This document shows, piece after piece, positions 11,704 through 20,876 of a stretch of 33,000 bases of DNA. Under the pieces are notes generated by a model that was not told the DNA's origin, made no database searches, and worked only from the letters and a program-made list of their open reading frames with translations. Numbering within the stretch: the stretch's first letter is position 1; every line of letters starts with the position of its first letter. A program made the position numbers and the translations under genes. The stretch comes from Octopus bimaculoides (taxonomy: Eukaryota): positions 56,277,303 through 56,310,302 of the forward strand of contig NC_068997.1 of NCBI RefSeq assembly GCF_001194135.2, read 5' to 3'.

Positions 11704-12531
11704 ACATGTCAAACATATTTTGACTTACAGCTATCGGAGTTATTCCATCGTTTCTTTGTAACTCATAAAAGCTGCAACATCTCAAGTTCACCTTACTTCA
11801 TTCTTTGTCTCTCAATATATATTCTGATGCAGGTGCCAGGAACAAAAGACTAAGTTGAGGAATAGACTTTATACATACCAATCCACATACATTTCATGTC
11901 TCAATCCTGCCTTATATACTCTACCTATCCATATAAATTTCACATATCATTGACGTCTTATATTCTGTACGTGGAGAGGATAGATGGCCAAAAGATTAAT
12001 TCATAAGCAGCTGGGTATATATGAATATGTGTGTGTATATTAATTGTATATATTTTTCCCCCTTCATTGGTGCTTCTAACCATTGGACAACAGTCAGTGA
12101 GGATAAGGCACCAACTTGAAGGCGGTCACTCAAATCAACCCCTGTAATTATATTTTATTTCAGTGTGGAATTTATTTTACTCACTTCTGTGTAGTTGGGA
12201 GTTTTCTCCCTGCTTGCAATATATACTGAGTCTGATGTACACTGAACGACCAGCTGGAGGAGACGTCCTCCCGGGGTTAATATAGCCGTATCATCTGTTC
12301 TTATAGAACTCCCATCTTTAGGTGACAATAGACATTACTTCTCAATATAAATAGTGTTTTTGCCTCTAAGAGAGATACTTTGCTTGTTGCAAAGCCAGTG
12401 GCTTTGAGACACTGTTTATTCTATATATTGCAAATTGAGGGTGAACTACTGCTATGTCTAACAGATGAGCATCCATCACTGTGGATGACCGAAGTAAGGT
12501 TGAAACCATATTTATATATGCACATATACAC

Positions 12532-12571
<40 letters not shown>

Positions 12572-12600
12572 GTCTCTCTATCAATCTATCTATCTATGCA
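12532..12600. repeat. (TCTA)n tetranucleotide microsatellite
   Basis: Directly visible. Confidence 0.95.
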
Positions 12601-13176
12601 CACACACACACATACATATATTACACACACAAGTATATTCTTCTGTGTGTTTGTTCTTATTGACCAGACATGCACATATAATAAAGTACTCAATACCGCC
12701 AGTGTAAATTGTGTCATTGTATTATATACTTTATTTCTCATATTTGATTCCATTAACAAAACCTGTTCGCAACATACATATGTATATAGTTTTTGTATTT
12801 GCTTCTCAGGGTTTATGTGACGAAAGAGATACTGTCGTAGGTTAGGATGGTCATTCAACTAGCAAAATCGTACAGAAACACAGAATGTTCTTCATTTCAT
12901 TACTATTAATTAATTATTTAATTAGATTATTGATTAAGTTGTCAAATTATTTCACCACATATCTCTGACCTTTATAATGATTTCCCCTGCAAATGCAATG
13001 CAATATATTAAAGTACAATATAAATGATTATATGGATGTGTCTATGACTGGCTAGACTGACCAGGGCAGGAGTACAGGCTAGTGGACAAATAGCAGTAAT
13101 GGACCACAGAAACAGATGGCTTTAGGAATGAAGACAACTCAAGCACTGCTAGCAGCCCACAACCCACTTGACAGAA

Positions 13177-13220
<44 letters not shown>

Positions 13221-13911
13221 NNNNNNNNNNNNNNNNNNNNNNNNNNNNNNNNNNNNNNNNNNNNNNNNNNNNNNNNNNNNNNNNNNNNNNNNNNNNNNNN
13301 NNNNNNNNNNNNNNNNNNNNNNNNNNNNNNNNNNNNNNNNNNNNNNNNNNNNNNNNNNNNNNNNNNNNNNNNNNNNNNNNNNNNNNNNNNNNNNNNNNNN
13401 NNNNNNNNNNNNNNNNNNNNNNNNNNNNNNNNNNNNNNNNNNNNNNNNNNNNNNNNNNNNNNNNNNNNNNNNNNNNNNNNNNNNNNNNNNNNNNNNNNNN
13501 NNNNNNNNNNNNNNNNNNNNNNNNNNNNNNNNNNNNNNNNNNNNNNNNNNNNNNNNNNNNNNNNNNNNNNNNNNNNNNNNNNNNNNNNNNNNNNNNNNNN
13601 NNNNNNNNNNNNNNNNNNNNNNNNNNNNNNNNNNNNNNNNNNNNNNNNNNNNNNNNNNNNNNNNNNNNNNNNNNNNNNNNNNNNNNNNNNNNNNNNNNNN
13701 NNNNNNNNNNNNNNNNNNNNNNNNNNNNNNNNNNNNNNNNNNNNNNNNNNNNNNNNNNNNNNNNNNNNNNNNNNNNNNNNNNNNNNNNNNNNNNNNNNNN
13801 NNNNNNNNNNNNNNNNNNNNNNNNNNNNNNNNNNNNNNNNNNNNNNNNNNNNNNNNNNNNNNNNNNNNNNNNNNNNNNNNNNNNNNNNNNNNNNNNNNNN
13901 NNNNNNNNNNN
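13221..13911. other. Assembly gap (N run) following a (TA)n array
   Basis: Run of n preceded by (AT)n at 13180-13220. Confidence 1.
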
Positions 13912-13990
13912 TGTAAAAGAAAAGAACCAATGTTCATGAACTCATCGATGAAAATCCACTGTCACATATAGAAAAATTGATAACATATAA

Positions 13991-14022
<32 letters not shown>

Positions 14023-14025
14023 GTA

Positions 14026-14130
14026 TACATCTGGAAGATCCTCGAAGGACTTGTCCCAAACTTTGGCATCGAGAATTACACAAATACTAGAACTGGGCGC
14101 CACTGCATAGTGCCATGGACTCCACATTAA
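14026..14130 (+). mobile_element. CR1-clade LINE ORF2 C-terminal fragment
   Basis: Translates YIWKILEGLVPNFGIENYTNTRTGRHCIVPWTPH*, the post-RT Y.WKI..GLVPN...R.GR.C pattern of invertebrate CR1-type elements; too short for the ORF track. Confidence 0.65.
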
Positions 14131-14777
14131 ATACAGACATAAGTTAAATTACTTATATAATAAGTGTAGCTAATTTATGTATTTATAGAAACCCTATTTT
14201 ATGTTACTAATTGTTGTAGTTATGATTTGTCGTAGTAGAATGTGTATGAATTAGCACAAGATTATAAAGGATATATTACATATTTAGAATAAGATTAAAC
14301 TAAGATGTTTATAAAATAAATAAATTAATTAATTAATTAATGAAATAGATTGAATTATTGTAATTTAGCTTCATTTTTGTATATTATATATAATGTATTT
14401 TACGTATTTTAGATTCAAGTTATTTAGACTTTAGAATTTTCAAGTAAATGATATACTGCAGTTAATTTTTTTCTTATTCTCACATCTAAAATATATTATG
14501 TCATCTTAACAGTTTAAATACATATTTCTATCTCATTATTCCATAATTATTTTTATTTACACCATATTTTCATGCGATATATTTCTTATAAACGCTAAGT
14601 TCTACGTATTACGTTTAAAATTTTAGTTTAAAAGCATTTCTTCGATAAGATAAGTTATAATTTTATTTTAAGAAATATTGTTGAATATTTTTTGATTATT
14701 TATTTATTTATTGTTAAAACAAGTATTTTTTTATATATTTAGTTGATATTTATTATAAGTTACAACACGTATATTGA

Positions 14778-14819
<42 letters not shown>

Positions 14820-14837
14820 CTATATTTTATTTTAGAC

Positions 14838-14962
14838 CTGACGAGTGACTATATTTTTGAATAGATTCAATTGTAGATCGATTTGATTATTAATTGAATT
14901 ATTAATCGAATTGGTTTTATTAGTTATCTATTTGAAAATATAGCCACGAAAAGTGCATAGTC
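14838..14962 (+). ncRNA. Hammerhead-ribozyme-like motif with very long stem II
   Basis: CTGACGA (14838-44); G-C-closed 22-bp stem (14845-66 with 14926-47; 19 Watson-Crick, 2 G.U, 1 mismatch); GAAA (14948-51); AGTGCATA; GTC (14960-62). Stems I and III degenerate. Confidence 0.6.
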
Positions 14963-16242
14963 ATTTTTATACTATTTACTAGTTATTCTTTTATGTACTT
15001 TATTGATTTTTAGAATAAAGTTTTTATGATATATTTATTTTCTAGAGGGCATGAATTACATTCTTCATTATTGAATTGTTTAATAGGGGTTTTTCTCTAA
15101 ATTATATACATACACACACACACACACACACATATACATTGATATGTAAATCTCAAAATAAGGAGGGCTGGATAAGGGAAAATAATTCAGGTGAAATACT
15201 TTTTGAGCTCTCTGCAGATAAAAGTACACTTGACTAACATTGTGATTGGTGATGTACTAACGATAATTTGAAGTCAAAAGTCTACCTTGAAGTTCATCAT
15301 CACCCAAGTTTGTAAATCCATGGTTGCAGTACCCAGTTAAGACGATATGTTTTTTACAGAGTGATGCATAAATTAGATAAATAATAGGTTAGTACATGTA
15401 TTTACTTTTTATAGTCTTCCAGCTATTTTAGATGTATTCGGGTTCATTCATGACTCAGTCTCATCAATCAATTGATTGACTGACAAAATCTATAGGGAAC
15501 CATCACTGCAGTGCTATCTTCCTCCAGAACAAAATTAAATCAACTGCAAAAGAAGAAAGGAGGATGAAATTTGGTCAGTGTGTGATTTGTTCAGAACTAA
15601 CTCACCTGTTTCTAGCCATCACACTCAATCTATTGTTTCCTCTTACCATGGGTTAATATAGTATTGACATCTGTAAAGAAATTTAATATTCCACAACCTC
15701 CTTATGGTCAGTGGCATGCTTTTGAAGTTTACTACATTTTGGAAATGATGCAAATATACAAGCATAATGCTGCTATGATATTGCTAATTATTTTAAACCT
15801 GAAGTGTCAAAATTTATCTAATTAATTATGAGCGATTCACCTGTGTACAAAACAGTTAACAGAAATAGTGAGAAGTGGTAATCGTGGGTTATAAATAAAC
15901 TGTAACAGGTAAAGTAGTATTAAGACTAAGAGTACATAGATTTCTAAATCATTGGGCAAAGTATTATTGGTGCAGCTGCAATAATAATAAGGCTAAGATA
16001 TGATTCTTAGATAGGACTCTGTGGAGTAAATTACACAAAGTACTAAACGAAGAAGATAAAACAAAATTAAATAAAACCAAAGCTAAACAAAAGTAACCAA
16101 ACTAAAAATAAAAATAGAAAGAAAAGTAAAAAAAATAAAGATAAAATTAAAAATAAATGCACCTGCTGTCAGTCTATAATAATTAAATAAATGGATATAA
16201 CACATTATTTCTGTCTATTTTTATGTATATATACATATACAT

Positions 16243-16273
<31 letters not shown>

Positions 16274-16306
16274 AAAATATATATATATATATATGAGATA
16301 GAGAGA

Positions 16307-16647
16307 GGCACAGGAGTGGCTGTGTGGTAAGAAGCTTGCTTCCCAACCACATGGTTCCGGCACATTGTGCAAGTATCTTCTGCTATATCTTCAAGCCAAC
16401 CAAAGCCTTGTGAGTGAATTTGGTAGATGGAAACTGGAAGAAGCCCTATGTGTGTGTATGTATATATATATATATATATGTATATATACGATGGGCTTCT
16501 TTCAGTTTCTGTCTACCAAACATATGTATATATTTTTGTGTGTGAGGTGTGTGTTTGTCCCCCTACCATCACTGGGCAACCGATGTTGGTGTGTTTATGT
16601 CCCCGTAACTTAGCAGTTTGGCATAAGATACCAATAGAATAAGTCCT
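16307..16647 (+). mobile_element. tRNA-derived SINE, family A, with B-box region deleted and an internal inverted duplication
   Basis: GGCACAGGAGTGGCTGTGTGGTAAGAAGCTTGCTTCCCAACCACATGGTTCC head; body and tail as in 4391-4720. Confidence 0.88.
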
Positions 16648-16723
16648 TGAAGGCTACAGGGTATATCAGCCAAAACGTTGTGTTAACAACAAACAAGATA
16701 AGGACAAATATCCGTCAAAAATA

Positions 16724-17591
16724 TCCGAGGAAAACATTCACCACATGCTGATGGATGACTGGTGATTGACTATAAATCAAATAGCCAATGCTATTAGCAT
16801 ATCCTGTGAGAGAGTTGAGAATATTCTGCCCAATGAACTTGGCATGATGAAGATTTCTGGTTGGTGGGTGCCTCATCTTCTGACACCTAATCAAAAGTGC
16901 ATCACATCATGGGATTGTTTGAGGTAGATCCAGCTGGTTACCTTGATCATTTCCTAACCCAGGAGCCTGAGACAAAGAGACAATCCATGCAATGGAAACA
17001 TACCTCCACACCTGTTCCAAAGAAGGTCAAAGTTGTTCCATTTACAAGGAAGGTGATGGTTTCAGTTTTCGGACTGCAAAAGTTATTGCGTTTATTGAAT
17101 ATCATCAAAGGAGCCACATCGTCAGTGGAGAGTATCGTGCCAACTTGCTGAAGCAGTTACGAAAGGCTATCAAGAACAAACACCCAGGGAAACTAACAAA
17201 ACAGGTCTTGTTTGATCAGGACAATGCTCCAAAACACAAGTCCTTAGATTCAAGCACTAATGTATACGACTGAGGCTTTGAATTGATTGATCACCCCCCC
17301 ACCCTATTCTTCTGATTTGGCTCCATCTCACTATCATCTGTTCCCCAATATAAAAAAAAAAACACTTGAATGAGAACCAGTGTCACAGGGATAATGAAAG
17401 CATATCTGCTGTTAACGACTTCTTTAATCAACAAGATGATAGCATCTTTACCAATGGGATCCAAGCACTGCAAGGCTGATGGAAGAAGTATGTTGACTAC
17501 AAGGAGGACTGTGTTGAAAAACAAACCTCATTTGGTCAGATTCCAGGAAAGTATCTTGGTCAAGTGACAAACTTCTCAGCTGACCCTCATA
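16724..17591 (+). mobile_element. 5'-truncated, inactive mariner (D,D34D) transposon with 3' TIR
   Basis: Motifs across frameshifts: HTH region LTINQIANAISIS, WVPHLLT (16865), EPETKRQSMQW, KVMVSVF, DQDNAPKH (17214), HPPPYSSDLAPSHYHLF (about 17291-17343), WKKYVD...EK. 3' end AACTTCTCAGCTGACCCTCATA is TIR-like and ends in TA. Confidence 0.93.
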
Positions 17592-17631
17592 GCTTGGAGG
17601 ATATCACTTGGTGATCACTCAAGAGCTTCTA

Positions 17632-17826
17632 ATGGTTTCCAATTTAAGAACAAGGCAAACCATTTAGGCAGAGAGGATGATATTCAATACTATTAACCTC
17701 ATTGATATTCTATTTTATCGACCTTAGAAGATGAAATTCTATGTTGAACTTGGAATGTAGAGATCTAAAAGAAATACTATAAGACATTTTGTCTGGTTCT
17801 GTAATGATTCTGCCCATACTCATTCC
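17632..17826 (-). mobile_element. tRNA-derived SINE, family C, degraded
   Basis: GGTTTCCAATTT..ACAAGGC, ATTTTATCGACC.TAGAAGATGAAA, AATGATTCTGCC match the family C reverse complement. Confidence 0.55.
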
Positions 17827-17829
17827 TAA

Positions 17830-17867
17830 CTGATGAGTCTTTAATGAAAGGTGAAACTAGTCAGCCA
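17830..17867 (+). ncRNA. Minimal hammerhead-ribozyme-like motif (palindromic stem III)
   Basis: CTGATGA-GTCTTT-aatg-AAAGGT-GAAA-CTA-GTC. Complete core, 6-bp stem II (2 G.U), ACTAGT palindrome (17856-61). Stem I not formed with the adjacent upstream bases. Confidence 0.55.
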
Positions 17868-18139
17868 ATGATTATTCCAAGCTGATGAAAATCCAGTGTT
17901 TTTTCCAAGGGAACTTCTTTCATTGGGAGACTAGATACATCTTTATTAAATATAAATTGAAATCTAAAGATATAACTCTGTACATGTGTGTGTTTGTGTA
18001 TGAGTGTGTATGTGGGTGCATCTGTGCATGTTTATATACAAATATGTGTGAGAGTGTATATATATATATATATAAACATACACGTATAGCTATATATACA
18101 AATACACATACATATTCATGTCTATATAATCTATACATA

Positions 18140-18183
<44 letters not shown>

Positions 18184-18557
18184 TACATGCATATAAAGCT
18201 GTAGATAAATAGACATACATACACACACCTACATATGCCTGTATTGTATGTATATTTGTGAATGTAATTTTCAGTAATTTGTATTACACTCAGAGGCATC
18301 TGTGAGCATGGGTGGTGAGATGTTTTTTATTGGATCAACAGATTCTACAGATGAATTCTCTTCTTATTAATAATCACTCAGCCATGAAAGAGAAGAGGAA
18401 CAGATTTGATTCCCATCAGTGGAAGTGGAATGAATAAGATTATGTGCATTGCAGATTCCTGGTTATAATAACAGCGTTTTAGTAAGGAACAGGTTATCAT
18501 TAGCGTACTGTATTCAACTCATAAGCATTTACTTTGTGTATGTATAAGACAGAGAGA

Positions 18558-18595
<38 letters not shown>

Positions 18596-19114
18596 GAGGA
18601 GGAAAGCAACAGAGAGGGAGAGAGGGAGCATATCTATATAGATATGAGTATAGGCATGGCTGAAATAATATCAAAATTTGCTTCACATTCATGAGATTTT
18701 GGGTTCAGTTCAACTTTGCAGTTTCCCAGGAAAATGTTTTCCACTGCAGCCTGTTATGTTTTGCCAAAATGTAATGTCTCAAAGAGATTTCTGTGAGAAG
18801 AAACACAGAATTTCAATTGCAGACCATCAGACTCAGAGTTTTAACATTGTTTCATCTCCTCCCACCTCTACCAGAAATCTATTCTCAAAACTGGAAATCC
18901 CTACAGGGATCTGCCTCTGCCATAAGACTTGCATACCTTTGTCCCTCCTCCCCTGCCACCAACAAGTCCCTAAACTATTGCATGCTCCAAATGGTGATAT
19001 GTTACATAGGAAATTTTTAGTAAATTAACAAACCACCTTCCTCTTTCTCCCTATATATAATGGACTGACCAATAGCACATAAAGTGCACTGTTCAAGCAT
19101 TGGGCTTCAAAGAA

Positions 19115-19445
19115 GCAAAGTGGCTGAGTTCCTTTCAAGTGTTGGGCCTCACGGAGGCAACGACTGAGACCTTTGGCATTTATGTTGTGCTTGAGAAGAA
19201 GACCCATCAAGCTGAGCAAAACCACAGTCATGGAAGATACCGGTGTCATGCAAAGGGCACCCATGGCAGTGGCGTGTAAAAGCACCCATTACACTCTCAG
19301 AGTGGCTGGTGTTAGGACAGACATCCAGCTGTAGAAAACCATGCCAAATCAGACTGGAGTCTAGTGCAGCCTTCCAGCTTACCATTTCAAGTCAAATCGT
19401 CCAACCCCTACCAGCATGGACCACAGACATTAAATGATGATGATG

Positions 19446-19446
<1 letters not shown>
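19115..19446 (+). mobile_element. SINE family B, near full length
   Basis: GTGGCTGAGTTCCTTTCAAG head; AAAAGCACCCATTACACTC..GACATCCAGCTGTAGAAAACCATGCC..CCAACCC.TACCAGCATGGA..TAAATGATGATGATG tail. Confidence 0.8.
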
Positions 19447-19511
<65 letters not shown>

Positions 19512-19720
19512 NNNNNNNNNNTATATACATACATACATACATGTATATATATACATACATACATATATATATACATACATACATATATATATATACATAC
19601 ATACATAATATATATATATACATACATACATAATATATATATATACATACATACATAATATATATATATATATATGCATAATATATATACACATACACAC
19701 GCATGCACACACACGTGCAC
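19447..19720. repeat. (CA)n plus (TA/TACA)n compound microsatellite containing a 10-N gap (19512-19521)
   Basis: Directly visible. Confidence 0.95.
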
Positions 19721-19799
19721 GCGCAGGGAAATGTATATATCTGAGAAGATTCATAATATAACTTAATTGCTTCCCCCTTTCCTTCTCTTTTTGTTTAAA

Positions 19800-20540
19800 G
19801 CCGTAAATTAAAGAGAAATTCCAAACCAAAACATGCCTTGTTTTCTTGGGATCTTTTTGATGCTCTTTCTCTTTTATTTCTTTTTATATTCTTTCTCTTG
19901 AAGTTTGTATCTATTCCATTCTTTTTTTCTACACACTCAAACAGACGTGGAATATCATGTTCAGCAATAATTCTTTCTTTGTAAATTCTTTGATATTGTC
20001 TCACTAATTATTAAATAATTTATTTGGTAATGAAAAAACAGTTAATTGTTTCTCCACATCCTTTTTCTTAAAACTGGGAAGATTTATTTCTTGATGCCAT
20101 ATTTTCTTTTCTTTTTTATTGTCGTCATCAGAAGTAGTTTATTTTTCCTGATAAATTGCAGAAATTCTTGATAAAAAGAAATATAAGGTACAATGCAATC
20201 TTTTAGACAATGGTTTCCACAAGAATTCTCAATGCGTTACTCTCTTTACCATTTCTCTACTATTCCTTGAAAAATCTTTTCCAATTAATTTTCTAATTAA
20301 TTATCTTTTATCATTTTGCCCATTACTTTTAAGGCTTTTTTTCATTTATTAAAGTTAGCCAGGTACAACCCATTGCCTGGTTTTAATGCCTTTGCACAAC
20401 CTTTGGTTCCTTTTACTACATTCCACTCTGCAACAAGTATTTGGACCGAATCTCTAATCTGGGAAGAATATCCTCCTTTCCACTAGTCTTAGAAATTCTG
20501 ACTAAACGGTCATATGCAGTGCTCCTGTCAATGAACCATT
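19800..20540 (-). mobile_element. Possible highly decayed LINE remnant
   Basis: A-rich minus-strand coding-like bias with broken frames (e.g. GTKGCAKAL, KIWHQEI); no diagnostic motif. Confidence 0.25.
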
Positions 20541-20661
20541 ATGTATAGTTTACAGCTTGCAATAAATCAGATGTCAGATAACCCTAAATGGCAATGGTAC
20601 TACCCCCATGCAATTAAACACTCACGCACACACACGTATGCACACAGATCATTAATGTCAT

Positions 20662-20876
20662 GGCGAGCTGGTAGAAATGTTAACACACCGGGCGAAATGC
20701 TAAGCGGTATTTCGTCTGTCTTTACATTCTGAGTTCAAATTCTGCTGAGGTCAACTTTGCCTTTCATCCTTTCAGGGTCGATAAATTAAGTACCAGTTGA
20801 GTACTGGGGTCGATGTAATCGAATGCCCCCCCCCTCCCCGAAAATTTCAGGCCTTGTGCCTATAATAGAAACGAAT
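20662..20876 (+). mobile_element. tRNA-derived SINE, family C (tail type 1)
   Basis: GGCGAGCTGGTAGAAATGTTAACACACCGGGCGAAATGC (A-box region), TTCTGAGTTCAAATTC (B box), GTCGATAAATTAAGTACCAG core, AAAATTTCAGGCCTTGTGCCTATAATAGAAA tail. Confidence 0.9.

Noticed and set aside
12462-12495. Hammerhead-like CAGATGA-G-CATCCA/TGGATG-..CGAAG
   Set aside because: Two core substitutions, no G-C closure register, no stem III or NUH.
12810-12836. 27-nt plus-strand candidate micro-exon (GLCDERDTV; CAG|...|GTAGGT)
   Set aside because: Too short to distinguish from chance without RNA data.
13116-13971. Long ORFs of 252-267 aa
   Set aside because: N gap plus (TA)n; not coding evidence.
15464-15479. Perfect 16-bp palindrome TCAATCAATTGATTGA
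   Set aside because: About one such palindrome is expected by chance in 33 kb of AT-rich DNA; no supporting context.
20662-20740. tRNA gene (A and B boxes)
   Set aside because: Boxes belong to SINE heads; no cloverleaf or acceptor stem.
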